Below are positions 1 to 10,312 of a stretch of DNA of 64,000 nucleotides, piece after piece. Position 1 is the first letter of the stretch, and each line of letters begins with the position of its first letter. The notes beneath the pieces are model-generated. The model saw nothing but the letters and a program-made list of their open reading frames with translations, had not been told where the DNA came from and did not search any database. The translations under genes and the position numbers were made by a program. Location of the stretch: positions 157,218 through 221,217 of the IMG/VR virus record IMGVR_UViG_3300035181_000471, one strand, 5' to 3'.

Positions 1-2
1 CT

Positions 3-332
3 TGTCCTAAATGCGGAGCCGAAGCCGCATACCTAGCAATCCCCACCAGTATTTCTCTTGGAAGATCCACATTTTCTGAAGCTCCAATTGATGTAATGAT
101 TGGAAAAGATTCAGATAGGCGCTGGGAAGACATCAATAAGAGGCAAGAAGTCCGAGACAAGGTAAGAAAAGAAACTGGATCACAAGGTCTTTCCATGACC
201 GGAAGAGGGGAGTTCACTCCTGTAACCGAGGATACCAAAGCCAAGAGAGCCGAAAGTGTGGAAGTTTTGTCTCAGTCGGGGCATAAGCAAACCTTCGATT
301 CTCCAGCCGATCAGAAAATCCTAGGAGCATAA
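3..332 (+). CDS. 5'-truncated zinc-ribbon (FmdB-like) protein
   Basis: The frame is open from the window edge and reads CPKCGAEAAYLAIPTS... in frame with ORF 96-332. A CPxCG knuckle followed by a charged tail fits the second half of an FmdB-type ribbon. Confidence 0.55.
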   Translation, partial: CPKCGAEAAYLAIPTSISLGRSTFSEAPIDVMIGKDSDRRWEDINKRQEVRDKVRKETGSQGLSMTGRGEFTPVTEDTKAKRAESVEVLSQSGHKQTFDSPADQKILGA

Positions 333-347
333 GTGGAAGAGAATTAA

Positions 348-368
348 ACTTTCTAATCCTTATTTTGA
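348..368 (+). promoter_or_regulatory. candidate phage late promoter (ACT-N15-TGA)
   Basis: ACTTTCTAATCCTTATTTTGA lies upstream of the sheath gene; the same spacing recurs before about 10 late genes. Confidence 0.5.
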
Positions 369-430
369 ACGAAATCTATCTAAGGGCTTTTGGAAAATAG
401 TCGCAAATTAGACCTCAAGGGAGAAAAAAC

Positions 431-3400
431 ATGGCACTTTTCGATCAGTACACAGAACCAGGAGTCTACACCCGTGAATCGGCGGACGCTCCTGGTGTCA
501 TCCTATTCGGTGACCTTCGTATTCCTATCTTCATCGGAGAGGGAGTCGAGGAATTCACCAATAAGAATGTGACCCTCCACAGAGGTTCTAGTTCTGTGGC
601 CGATGATCTAGTGGTCAAGGAAAACATCACTGACCAGCTTTACAACGAGAGCAACATCTACAGTCCCACTCGCTCCTTCCAGCTAACTTACTTTCCTGTT
701 GTTAAGGGTGATGGAACTGGAACCACCACTTCCCAGCCTACCGACATCACCGTCCTAGCTAACGGAGTTCCAGCCGCCGTAACCTCCCTAAACGGCGTTA
801 CTGGTGAGCTAATGCTCCACGACATCTACGGTGCTGATACCACCCTAGAAGTCACCTACTACTTCAAGCGCAAGGATACTTACTTCGCTAACGAGAATGT
901 GTCTTCTCAGGTTCCTACCTTCGCTACTTGGACACAGCAGGCCAACCTCGTCCTATCGCTAACTAACCCTGGCGCTCTAGGTAACAATGTCACCCTAGCT
1001 CTAACCAAGGTCACTCCCACCTCTGATGCACTAGCTGTGTCTGGTATCGGAACTGACTCCATCTCCATCGAGCTACAGCGCACCGCTAAGGCAATTGCTG
1101 TTGGCCTACCCCTAACCTTCAATGCCGCTGGTAAGACCATCACCAGAGCTACTGGAACTTGGCCTGCTGAGGGTGTTAAGATTGGTGACTCCATCACCCT
1201 ATCCGGTTTCGGAACTTCCGCCAACAACAAGGTTGTGACTGTATCTGGTGTGACTGACACCACCCTAACTGTGGCTGAGGTTCTAACCAACGCTACCACT
1301 GAAGTTGGAACTGTCTCCCTAATCGCAGTCAGATCCCTAACTGACCTAAAGAACCTAGTTCTTTCTGGAATCACCACCCTATCTGCTGGTGACCTAACCG
1401 TTGTTTCTCTAACTTCCGGTTTCGAAAATCTAGGTGCAACCGCCGCTTCCGCCTCCTTCTCCGGTGGTGCTGGACCCTCCTCTAACACCGTCTTTAAGGT
1501 AGCCCACACTCCTATCGTAGATGGTGCCAACGGTGGTGTTGTAACTTCCAACGCCTCTAAGGTTCAGGCTACTGTGAACGGGCTACCTGCTCCTATCGTA
1601 GCTGTTGATGGTCCTAACGGCCTAGTCACTCTAGCCTCCTCCGTGGTTGCTGGACAAACTGTGCTTCTAAGCTACTACTCCAACAACTATCAGGACACCT
1701 ACGAGCTTCTACCCTCTTCCAATGTCACCAGCATCTCTAATGTCGGTTACGGTCCTGACCGTGCTGATTTCGTAAACGGTGTTGATTATGTTCTAGAGAA
1801 CCTAGCTAACGGTTCCAGCCGCATCCAGTGGGGAGCTTCTGCCTCCGTTGCTACCGGAACTTGGACTGCTGGCTTCACTCCTTTCGATGCCTCTGTAGTC
1901 ACTACCACTCTAATTGACGAGAAGGTATACATGCAGCCTGTTCAGGGTGAGGTCAATGGCAAGAACGCCATCTTCACTCTAGCTGACAGCCCTGTTGATG
2001 GTTCTGGCCTCTCCAGAACTACTAACGATCCTGCTCTAGTTCAGATCTACATCGGCGCAAACCCTGTAGCCGCTCTAGCCGCTGGTGCTGTTCGCGTCAT
2101 TCAGGTCGTCGGGGCTAACCGCACTGTCAAGCTCTACAATCCTCCTGCATCTGGAACCGTCTACGCTTCCTACTACAGAAGCGCACTAAACGACCACAGC
2201 TACACCTTAACTGTCGGAACCCCCGGAATCACCGGACAGGGAACCTACAAGATCTCCAATGAGCTAGGTGCTGTTATCGCTCCAATCGTTGCTGGTGCTT
2301 CTGCTGTAAGCGAAGCCGCAAACTTCGCTTCTACCGGAATCGTATGGCCTATCAACAACGCCCTATCCGTTCCCGACCTCTCCACCACTCCTGGTGTAAG
2401 CCCTGATGAAACCATCACTCTCACCTTCCAGGATGACAGCCTTCAGTTCACCGTAACTCCTGCTGTCCAGGCCACTGCCAAGGACACCTCTGGAGCCGGA
2501 ACCAATGCCGCCATTCAGTTCCGCACCACTACCGCTTCTTCCGCTCCTAACGGTGTTGTGACTGTAGTGCTACAGGCTGGTGCTGGCGTTGCTGACGCAG
2601 TTGCCATCACTGGTGGTGGAACCAACGCCATCGTGGTCAACATCCTAAAGAATGGTGGAACTGTCTCCAGAACCCTACAGGAGATCATCAACCTATTCGC
2701 TACTTACCCCACCAGCACCCCCCTTGGTGGATTGATCATCTGCGAAGCCGCTCCTGGATCTGGCCTAAGCCTAACCGCTAACGCTGTTCCTACCTCTGGT
2801 GGCCCCATTGCCTTCACTGGCGGTGTGACTCTTGTTCAGACCCCCTACGCTATCCGCTACAAGGTGACTTCTTCCAGAACCACCACCAACCAGACCGCTG
2901 ATGGAATGGGCCTAACTGGTGGAGTACACACTCCTTCCTACCTCAACTACTCCGGTGGTGGAACTCCTGTAGGAGCCGATGGTTACCTAGATCAGACTTA
3001 CATTGATGCCGCAACTGGTGTCAAGTTCACCATCGTCAACCCAACTGACGCTCTAAGCTTCGGTTACACTTCCCTGCCCTCCCCTTCCTACCACTACCGT
3101 CCAGGTGACACCCTAACCTTCACCGTGAACAAGGCTACTGCTCGTTATACCTCTTCTGTCCCCACCGTCAGCATCCCTGGCCTAAAGGTCAAGGTAGCCT
3201 CTACCTACGGAATGAAGGCCGCTGACACCGCAGTCATCACCACCTACAACAAGGCTGGTAATGAGCCCTCAATCGGTGACTTCTACTATGCAAGCTATAC
3301 CGTGGCTAAGAGCGAGAGTGACATGGGTCTAAAGATCTACACTAACCCTGTAGACGCTTACGCTCAGTACGGTGATCCTAACCCAACCAACAAGCTATCC

Positions 3401-4321
3401 CTAGCTACCCGCCTCTTCACTCAGAATGGTGGACAGATCTTCGGATGCATCCAGGTTGCTAAGGAAGTTGGCCTAGAGACTGCCTCTGACCAGGCTTTCA
3501 TGACCGCAATCGCTTCTCTAGCAACTCCTCTACCCGGCACTGATCGTAAGGCCGATATGATTCAGCCTCTAACCACTTCTCCAGTGGTTGTACAGTATCT
3601 AAATCGTCACCTTCTAACCCAGTCCTCTCAGCGTAACTCTGGAGAAGCCACCGCAGTTTACGGCTTCGACTACTACGCAACCCCCGACACCATGAGAAAC
3701 TCTGCCCGTTCCATTAAGTCTGATCGTATGATCGCCGTTGGAACCCCCGGAGCCATCCTAGAAATTGATGTCGCTGGTAAGACCGCTGAGTTCGCTGTCG
3801 GTGGTGAGTTCCTCGCCGCTGGTATGGTCGGAATGATGATCAACCCCGCAATTGATGTTGCTACCACTCTAACCAGACAGAACCTAGTTGGTTTCAGCCG
3901 ACTCATCAAGAGATACGATGGTCCTACTATGGATCAGATGGCCTCTGACGGTGTTACCTGCATCCAGGAGAACAACGGCGCCTTCCAGGTTCGTCACTGG
4001 ATCACCACTGATAACTCCAGCCCCCTCAAGAGAGAGCCTACTTCTCGCTTGATCGTTGACTACACTCGCAAGATCGTTCGTAGAAACCTAGATCAGTTCA
4101 TTGGTCGTAAGCTAATGCAATCCACCATGAACTCTGTCTCCATCGTAGCCTCCTCTACTCTAAAGGCCCTAGTGGAACAGGAGATCATCGAAGGCTTCAA
4201 GAATCTCGTAATCGAGAGAGATCAGGCCGATCCTACTGTTCTTCATGTGAGGTTCTCCATGAAGCCCATCTTTGCTCTGCTCTACATTGATGTGGCTCTA
4301 ACGGTCTCCACCAAGCTATAA
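431..4321 (+). CDS. contractile tail sheath protein with large inserted domains
   Basis: N-terminal Y-x-x-PGVY-T-R-E and a sheath-type C-terminus (RLIVDYTRKIVRRNLDQFIG...DPTVLHVRFSMKPIFALLYIDV). Preceded by an AGGGAG RBS; 1296 aa. Confidence 0.92.
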   Translation: MALFDQYTEPGVYTRESADAPGVILFGDLRIPIFIGEGVEEFTNKNVTLHRGSSSVADDLVVKENITDQLYNESNIYSPTRSFQLTYFPVVKGDGTGTTTSQPTDITVLANGVPAAVTSLNGVTGELMLHDIYGADTTLEVTYYFKRKDTYFANENVSSQVPTFATWTQQANLVLSLTNPGALGNNVTLALTKVTPTSDALAVSGIGTDSISIELQRTAKAIAVGLPLTFNAAGKTITRATGTWPAEGVKIGDSITLSGFGTSANNKVVTVSGVTDTTLTVAEVLTNATTEVGTVSLIAVRSLTDLKNLVLSGITTLSAGDLTVVSLTSGFENLGATAASASFSGGAGPSSNTVFKVAHTPIVDGANGGVVTSNASKVQATVNGLPAPIVAVDGPNGLVTLASSVVAGQTVLLSYYSNNYQDTYELLPSSNVTSISNVGYGPDRADFVNGVDYVLENLANGSSRIQWGASASVATGTWTAGFTPFDASVVTTTLIDEKVYMQPVQGEVNGKNAIFTLADSPVDGSGLSRTTNDPALVQIYIGANPVAALAAGAVRVIQVVGANRTVKLYNPPASGTVYASYYRSALNDHSYTLTVGTPGITGQGTYKISNELGAVIAPIVAGASAVSEAANFASTGIVWPINNALSVPDLSTTPGVSPDETITLTFQDDSLQFTVTPAVQATAKDTSGAGTNAAIQFRTTTASSAPNGVVTVVLQAGAGVADAVAITGGGTNAIVVNILKNGGTVSRTLQEIINLFATYPTSTPLGGLIICEAAPGSGLSLTANAVPTSGGPIAFTGGVTLVQTPYAIRYKVTSSRTTTNQTADGMGLTGGVHTPSYLNYSGGGTPVGADGYLDQTYIDAATGVKFTIVNPTDALSFGYTSLPSPSYHYRPGDTLTFTVNKATARYTSSVPTVSIPGLKVKVASTYGMKAADTAVITTYNKAGNEPSIGDFYYASYTVAKSESDMGLKIYTNPVDAYAQYGDPNPTNKLSLATRLFTQNGGQIFGCIQVAKEVGLETASDQAFMTAIASLATPLPGTDRKADMIQPLTTSPVVVQYLNRHLLTQSSQRNSGEATAVYGFDYYATPDTMRNSARSIKSDRMIAVGTPGAILEIDVAGKTAEFAVGGEFLAAGMVGMMINPAIDVATTLTRQNLVGFSRLIKRYDGPTMDQMASDGVTCIQENNGAFQVRHWITTDNSSPLKREPTSRLIVDYTRKIVRRNLDQFIGRKLMQSTMNSVSIVASSTLKALVEQEIIEGFKNLVIERDQADPTVLHVRFSMKPIFALLYIDVALTVSTKL

Positions 4322-4328
4322 GGAATCA

Positions 4329-4362
4329 AAATCAGGGGGAGCTTAAAACCTCCCCCTGATTT
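4329..4362 (+). terminator. 13-bp hairpin after sheath gene (terminator or mRNA-stabilising stem)
   Basis: AAATCAGGGGGAG / CTCCCCCTGATTT inverted repeat with a short U tract. Confidence 0.65.
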
Positions 4363-4376
4363 CCTACCGAGGAACT

Positions 4377-4814
4377 ATGAAGATCCATCCCGTTATTCAG
4401 CACTTGAATTCAGTTGTAACTGTCACCCTACAGGCTAGTTTCGTGGGTGATGCAAACGACTCCACTGATAAACAAAGAATTACATCTTATGGTGATCCAA
4501 AGGTTAATATGGCAGGAGATTTCATTGATCCTGTTGGTGGGGTTTTCACTTTCTCATTTCCCGTGTCTGAGTATTACAAGGGAGTGACCACTGAGTTATC
4601 CAATTACTCCGTTAGATTTATGACTCAGCTTCCTGCTGGCGTACCCGGTCAGGTGGCACCGACTCAGGGACCACTCGACTGCATTACCTCAGATCCAATC
4701 CTAGCCGCAACCACATGGTCTACCGTCATGGGAACCAGGATTGGTGCCACCCTTACCACTCTAAGAGCTAAAACTCCAGCCACATTAACCACACTTCCTG
4801 ATGCTACTGTATAA
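4377..4814 (+). CDS. hypothetical virion-associated protein
   Basis: 145 aa with GAGGA RBS, located between the sheath and tube genes. Confidence 0.6.
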   Translation: MKIHPVIQHLNSVVTVTLQASFVGDANDSTDKQRITSYGDPKVNMAGDFIDPVGGVFTFSFPVSEYYKGVTTELSNYSVRFMTQLPAGVPGQVAPTQGPLDCITSDPILAATTWSTVMGTRIGATLTTLRAKTPATLTTLPDATV

Positions 4815-4826
4815 GGAGCTAGAAAA

Positions 4827-6182
4827 ATGCAATCGAATATGATGAGAAAAAGGGCCTTACAAGAAGCCAAGAAGTGTCCTGACTGTGAGAGTCAGGGTCA
4901 TGCTTGTGCAAAACACAACACTGTTGTAAGAGCGTTGGACCTACCTCAGTCTAAGAGTGCCATGCCCTCTAAGGAATATGAACAGGATAAGACCTACCAA
5001 GACAAGGGTTCCGAAACTGATTTACAAGTCAACATTCAAGGTGCCGTTAGTCCTGCTAAGGGAGTACTAGACTACATCAAGCAGAAGCGTGTTGCACTAG
5101 AACAAGTTCTACAAACCAGAGGTGAGGCAGCAGTAGTCACCATGGCTTCTAAAGATCTTGCTGAGACTGTCCCCGGTGTAGCCAACACCAACACCAGCCT
5201 GCTAGGTGGAGTAATCGCCAAATATCTAATCCAACTAACACAGAAGGCCAAAGGCCAGAAGGTGACCCCCGCTTTTAACGACAGCCAATTTCTACAAGAA
5301 ATCGAACCAATCCTAGAAAGGAAACACGCCTCCATGAACACCGCTGGAAAGAACCTAAAAGACAAGTCTGAGGAAGAATTAGAAGAGATGGAATCTTCTG
5401 ATAAGGCCAATAAGACCAAGATGAAGAGACAGCCAGAAGGTGACAAGAAGGCTTCCTCGAAGCTAGCCGCCGAAGGTGGAGCAGAGGACGAAGAAGAGAC
5501 TGAAGAGCAAACTTCTGTTGATTCAGCCGTGGTTGCCCTACTCGATTCCTGTAAGAACGAGTGGACCAATCTAGGTGAGCCTGTCAATCCTTCCACTTGG
5601 CCCAAGGAAATTGAAAGAGCCATTCTCAACCTAAACGACTCTATAATCAAAGCCATTGAGTCAACCGAGAGTAAGCTCATCGAGGGTGAGTTCTACTCTA
5701 AGAATGTTGACGAAGGTGTAAGCTCTGCTGGTGGTGGGTCTGCCATGATGAACGATCTATCTGTAGCTCCCGCTGAAGAAGGTGTAAATGGCGTCACCAA
5801 TGATGAAGTTGTAGAGGAAGCTCCTTTAGACAACGAGATCAAGGCCAAGAAGTCTTCCAAGACTGCCGCCGCTGATATCACCTCCACCGAAACCAAAAAG
5901 GCCCTCAAGTTCGTCGAAGATCTTCAGGAAAAAGTTGCCGCTCTGTTCTTCGACTATAAAAAGACCGTAGAAGCCACTAATAATTCTGCTCTAGTCAAGT
6001 CTGCTGGAGAGGATCTAGTTCGCCTCAAGACCAAGCTCAGCGAAGTAGAGAAGGTAATGAGCAAGCAGTTAACCGTTCTATCCGAGGCCGAGGAGTCCAC
6101 CGAGAAGCAGAACAAAGAAAACGCCAAGTCTTCAAAACAGTCATCCAAGTTTATGGGCCTATCTCTTGCCTCTGAAGAGTAA
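4827..6182 (+). CDS. K-x-A-motif protein, putative internal head/cargo protein
   Basis: 451 aa with a CPDC knuckle, acidic and coiled segments, and linkers KKASSKLAA and KKSSKTAAA; AAGGAG RBS. Confidence 0.6.
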   Translation: MQSNMMRKRALQEAKKCPDCESQGHACAKHNTVVRALDLPQSKSAMPSKEYEQDKTYQDKGSETDLQVNIQGAVSPAKGVLDYIKQKRVALEQVLQTRGEAAVVTMASKDLAETVPGVANTNTSLLGGVIAKYLIQLTQKAKGQKVTPAFNDSQFLQEIEPILERKHASMNTAGKNLKDKSEEELEEMESSDKANKTKMKRQPEGDKKASSKLAAEGGAEDEEETEEQTSVDSAVVALLDSCKNEWTNLGEPVNPSTWPKEIERAILNLNDSIIKAIESTESKLIEGEFYSKNVDEGVSSAGGGSAMMNDLSVAPAEEGVNGVTNDEVVEEAPLDNEIKAKKSSKTAAADITSTETKKALKFVEDLQEKVAALFFDYKKTVEATNNSALVKSAGEDLVRLKTKLSEVEKVMSKQLTVLSEAEESTEKQNKENAKSSKQSSKFMGLSLASEE

Positions 6183-6227
6183 TTAAAGGAAACTGCATTT
6201 TAATTTCTATGAAAGAGGAGTAAATAT

Positions 6228-6908
6228 ATGGCAGGCACATCTGACAGCTACCTTTACAGACAAGGCGCTTCCGCCCAAACGAAGTCTGTAATTTCTAGCC
6301 GCTTTAAAATTTTCAGTCATGTCGCTGGAGTGGGTAAGTTCGTGAAGATGGGTGTGACCACCTCCTTCAACATTTCCGAGTCCAAGAACATTGACACCAT
6401 TCGTGGTCTAGGCTATGGCGATCAAATTGCCGAGCTAGTCCCTGGCGTAACCCAGCCTATGTCCTTGACGATCAATCGTCACGCTCTCTACCTAGCCAAT
6501 ATCATGCAGATGTTCGGTTATAAGGCCGGAGCATCTGGACTAGTCCGTTCCCTCAAGCACCACAAGTGGCCCTTCGACATCAAGACCGAGATCGTGTTTT
6601 CTGAGCTAGCTTCAGAAGCCAAGGATACCGGACAGGCTCAGACTGCCGATGTTCCCTCTGAGGGTGGCCTAAACAATCTAGGAAACCCCGGCCTATACGC
6701 CATTGTAACCGTATACGAAGGTTGCTGGATGTCCAACTACTCCACCGCTTATCAGGTTGAGCAGGCCGCTGTATCTGAAGATGTGACTGTAATGGTCTCC
6801 GATGTCTTCGATGCTAACGGTTCCGTCTACGGTGAATTCATTGATTCCGGTCTAAATAAGGGTGATGCCACTGGCCGCTCCTTGAGACTAGCCAACGAAC
6901 CCAGATAA
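6228..6908 (+). CDS. tail tube protein
   Basis: 226 aa downstream of the sheath. Motifs IRGLGYGDQIAELVPG, WPFDIK and YEGCWMSNYSTAY...VSEDVTV match the myophage tube fold pattern. Confidence 0.85.
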   Translation: MAGTSDSYLYRQGASAQTKSVISSRFKIFSHVAGVGKFVKMGVTTSFNISESKNIDTIRGLGYGDQIAELVPGVTQPMSLTINRHALYLANIMQMFGYKAGASGLVRSLKHHKWPFDIKTEIVFSELASEAKDTGQAQTADVPSEGGLNNLGNPGLYAIVTVYEGCWMSNYSTAYQVEQAAVSEDVTVMVSDVFDANGSVYGEFIDSGLNKGDATGRSLRLANEPR

Positions 6909-6924
6909 CCAACAAAAACCGATG

Positions 6925-6957
6925 AAAGGCCCCTCATAAAATAGAGGGGCCTTTTTC
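6925..6957 (+). terminator. intrinsic terminator
   Basis: AAAGGCCCCTC / GAGGGGCCTTT stem followed by a T run. Confidence 0.85.
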
Positions 6958-6999
6958 ATAATAAACTGACTATTGCACTCTTTAAGTGAACGGTAGTAT

Positions 7000-7773
7000 A
7001 TGTCAAAAACCAAAATAGCCGACATCAACGACATCATAGAAATCCCTGGGAACAAGCTGTTCGACAACGGTCTTTGTGTAGATGCTGGTCTACCTCCGCT
7101 TACAGATAGTGCAGAAGGCACGGTAGTTGTAAGCTCCCTACTCAAGAAAAAGGGGGATTTAAATGAAGAACTCACGAAGAACCGCACTTACTACGACAAG
7201 ACTTACCAGACTGCACCAGGGCGTGATGGCGGTAACCCATTTGCTTCAAAACGAAATGAAGAGGATCAGTTACAGACTCAAGCAGACCCGCAGACGCATG
7301 ATCATAAACCTCTCCGTTCTTCTGAGGATAAGGCGTGGATGGGATCTATGGGCATAAAGCAATCGGAGTACCATAAAGATCCCGATGAGCTTCCCCCTAG
7401 GGAAGACCTTAGAAACTATAGTGCTGAGGGGATCAAGAAAGAAGTTCTAGAAGAAGATCGTGATTTAGAGAAAACCTCCTCCTTATTAATTGGATCATTC
7501 AATCATACCGTTGATACAAAAAGAGCCGCTGTAAAAGTTGCATCTGTAAAATCGTTAAGAGCATTCGTAACTCCTACTAATATCAAGATTCACGACCAAC
7601 ATCTAGTTGTCAATCTTCCAAGAACTGCCTCTCGTGACATCGAGTTTGATTCCAAGAAGCTATCCGCTATCGAAAATGAAATCTCCAGGGCTTTAAATGT
7701 GAGAGCTAAATACGCTCATTTTATGGTGTCCTCGTCCTATGACGGTGTGGCGTTGGAGTTTCTCTTATGCTAA
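7000..7773 (+). CDS. hypothetical protein (K-x-A motifs)
   Basis: 257 aa preceded by the late motif at 6969-6989; contains KRAAVKVAS and RTAS. Confidence 0.6.
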   Translation: MSKTKIADINDIIEIPGNKLFDNGLCVDAGLPPLTDSAEGTVVVSSLLKKKGDLNEELTKNRTYYDKTYQTAPGRDGGNPFASKRNEEDQLQTQADPQTHDHKPLRSSEDKAWMGSMGIKQSEYHKDPDELPPREDLRNYSAEGIKKEVLEEDRDLEKTSSLLIGSFNHTVDTKRAAVKVASVKSLRAFVTPTNIKIHDQHLVVNLPRTASRDIEFDSKKLSAIENEISRALNVRAKYAHFMVSSSYDGVALEFLLC

Positions 7774-7879
7774 ACCGAGCTAAACTAAGTTCCAGGATCT
7801 ACTCTGATGATTATAGGGCTAGAATGAAAGTAGCCCCAAAACTTAGAAGGGAAAGAGAAGCCCTCTTGAAAGTGTAACC

Positions 7880-8743
7880 ATGCCAATCAACAAAACCGCA
7901 ACAGCCGTGTTAACTGACCCAATCTATTCTTTGAATGATTGGAACAAGCTTCATGGGCCAAAAGCCTTCGGCCAGAAGACCGCAGGCTTCAGCAAATTTG
8001 CTGGCAATACCTCCAAGTATCTTCTTTCGCATGTCACCATCATGTCTTCTGTCATGACTGAGAACGAGCCTGATGACTACCTCATCAAGCCTGAGTGTTC
8101 TTATCTAGTCAACCAGAATGAAGATGGTTGGGAAAACGAAGTTCTCAAGATGTCCTACAGATCCTTCGTAGGAGCTTTTAACTTCCTTGAACACATGCAG
8201 AACAGAAAGCAATCCAAAGGTCACATTATCGACTCCGTTCTCAGAAAGATCAGCATCACTGGGGATGTCTGGGTCTATTTCGTAGATCTCTTGGTTGCAA
8301 CTGACCTAGCTCACGAAAAGCTTGTGAGTCAGATCAGAAATGGCGAAGTAAAATATCTCTCGATGGGATGTGTCACCGATCTAGTTATCTGCTCATATTG
8401 TGGACACAGAGTTACTGAGGATGGAAATTACTGCAACCACCTATCATACAATAAGGGGCAGTTCATCCCTGACGACGATGGTGTGTCTAGAAGAGTGGCC
8501 GAGCTTTGTGGTCACAAATCCCTACCCAACGGTGGCGTAAAGTTCGTTGAAGCCTCATGGGTAGAGATTCCCGCTTTCCCTGGAGCCGCTGTAAGAGAAA
8601 TCATTGCAGACTCTTGGGAGGGTCCAAAGACCGCTTACACCAAAGACGCAGAAGAGCTAGGAAGGCGTAAAGCCGCATCTTCATTGATTCTACCCGGAGC
8701 CGATGCTACTGATGCCGCCTTTAATAGATTGCTTATGAGGTAA
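7880..8743 (+). CDS. prohead (capsid maturation) protease with Zn-binding insert
   Basis: NFLEH...SKGHIIDS, KYLSMGC, CSYCG...CNH insert, and FVEASWVEIPAFPGA. This is the assemblin/HK97-type protease pattern, and the gene sits directly upstream of scaffold and capsid. Confidence 0.85.
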   Translation: MPINKTATAVLTDPIYSLNDWNKLHGPKAFGQKTAGFSKFAGNTSKYLLSHVTIMSSVMTENEPDDYLIKPECSYLVNQNEDGWENEVLKMSYRSFVGAFNFLEHMQNRKQSKGHIIDSVLRKISITGDVWVYFVDLLVATDLAHEKLVSQIRNGEVKYLSMGCVTDLVICSYCGHRVTEDGNYCNHLSYNKGQFIPDDDGVSRRVAELCGHKSLPNGGVKFVEASWVEIPAFPGAAVREIIADSWEGPKTAYTKDAEELGRRKAASSLILPGADATDAAFNRLLMR

Positions 8744-8823
8744 ACTATTAAAGCTATGCAATATTTAAACTTTTAATGTCTTTAAAGAAGAAGTCGAATT
8801 TCAAATAACCAGGAGTCTTCAAC

Positions 8824-10116
8824 ATGACCGCAAAACCTTCACTAAGAGAAAGAATCGCTACCCTAAAGGCCGAGAAAGAAGCCAAGACCGCCGCTTCTGC
8901 TTCCAAATTCTCTGCTAAGGAAGCAAAAACTCGTGTAGCCGCTTCTTGGACAATCGCCAAGACCCTACTTCCCTCCGCTCCTAGCGAAGTGCAGTATAAG
9001 TTGGCTTCTTCCCTACTAGGGAACTCCACCAATGCTTTGACCGCCATCGTGCGTCAGGCCGCTGTAAATGCTCACTGGACCAAGGTCGCAGAGAAGTTCG
9101 AAGAGATGCACAAGGTCGAACTAAATGAGCTAATCGAAGACCCCTCTCTTCTCAGCAAGATGCAGAATGAAGTTGAGAAAGAGCTAAAGGGCGAAGCCAA
9201 GAATGCTTCTGCTAAGTGTGAGTGTGGTAAACCCGGTTGCCCCGAGTGCAACCCTAAGACTGCAAAGGCTAAAAAGGCCGAAGGTGAGAACAAGCCCATT
9301 GAGAACAAGCCCATTGAGGATAATGAAATCAAGGAACCCGAAACGGAAGTCCCCGCTCCTTCAGTTGAAGACTCCTCTATGGAAGACTCCTCTATGGAAG
9401 ACTCCTCTAATGAAGCTGACGCCGATGCCTCTGATGCTCCCGTTTCTCCTGCCGAGAACAAAAAGGACATTCTAGTAGAGCAGATTCAGACCATTAAGGA
9501 TGATGTTGCCGCTCTAGAGGAAGAAGTAACTGAAGGCGAGGAACTTGACTTCTCTGCCATCTTCGATGAAGAGGGAATGGAAGACAAGGCTGACAATCTA
9601 GCCAATGAGAATGAGGATTTTGATGGCGACATCGAAGCTTCTGGTGAAGGATTCTTCACTCCCTCTGATGCTGGTGATCTAGAAGGCGCAATGGACGCTG
9701 ATGGCATGGACTTCGCTGACGCTTCTGACTTCTTCTCCCACTCCGCCTCCGTAGACTCTATGGATGGCTTATTCGCTGGTGAAGCCAAGACCGCCGCTAA
9801 GGATGATGTCATTGCTCCTGGTGAGATGGGTGACAAGATCGTAAGCAAGGGAAATGTGGATGATGCTGAGTCGGACCACGAGGACAACATCCTATTCGAA
9901 ATCCTAGGCGATATCAAGTCTGTTGCTTATGAAGATGGCGAGTATAAGAGAACCACTGAGCCTAAGTTTGAGAAGGCTGCTTCTGCCAAGCCTGCTCCTG
10001 CTGTGAAGCGCCCAATTCGTTCCCTAGGTAATGTGAAGACTGCCGCTCCTTCACAAAGCGTTGAGAAGACTGCACTGGCTTCTCTAGTCTTCCCCGATGA
10101 CGAACTCTTCGGATAA
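8824..10116 (+). CDS. capsid scaffolding protein
   Basis: Lies between protease and capsid genes. Coiled-coil N-terminus, very acidic centre, many KTA/KxA sites, hydrophobic C-terminal LVFPDDELFG. Confidence 0.7.
   Translation: MTAKPSLRERIATLKAEKEAKTAASASKFSAKEAKTRVAASWTIAKTLLPSAPSEVQYKLASSLLGNSTNALTAIVRQAAVNAHWTKVAEKFEEMHKVELNELIEDPSLLSKMQNEVEKELKGEAKNASAKCECGKPGCPECNPKTAKAKKAEGENKPIENKPIEDNEIKEPETEVPAPSVEDSSMEDSSMEDSSNEADADASDAPVSPAENKKDILVEQIQTIKDDVAALEEEVTEGEELDFSAIFDEEGMEDKADNLANENEDFDGDIEASGEGFFTPSDAGDLEGAMDADGMDFADASDFFSHSASVDSMDGLFAGEAKTAAKDDVIAPGEMGDKIVSKGNVDDAESDHEDNILFEILGDIKSVAYEDGEYKRTTEPKFEKAASAKPAPAVKRPIRSLGNVKTAAPSQSVEKTALASLVFPDDELFG
9286..9408 (+). repeat. in-frame 15-nt tandem repeats in scaffold
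   Basis: GAGAACAAGCCCATT x2 (ENKPI) and GAAGACTCCTCT(ATG) x3 (EDSSM). Confidence 0.85.
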
Positions 10117-10133
10117 ACAACACAAATCAAGTT

Positions 10134-10169
10134 AAGTTGAGGCCCTGGGAAACTGGGGTCTCAACTTTT
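10134..10169 (+). terminator. intrinsic terminator
   Basis: AAGTTGAGGCCC...GGGTCTCAACTT stem followed by a T run. Confidence 0.8.
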
Positions 10170-10312
10170 ATAGACACAAATTTAAAGTAAAAGTACAAGT
10201 AAAGAAGAAATAAAATTAGCAATCCTATATTACATGAGACTTATCTCCTTGTGATCTTGCACTGTGCTGATCCGGTAAGCCTCGACCAAAATTTCTATAG
10301 GAGATACTTATT

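Noticed and set aside
7774-7879. Short hairpins upstream of the protease gene (GGGCTA/TAGCCC)
   Set aside because: The stems are short with no U tract, which is too little evidence for a terminator or regulatory RNA.
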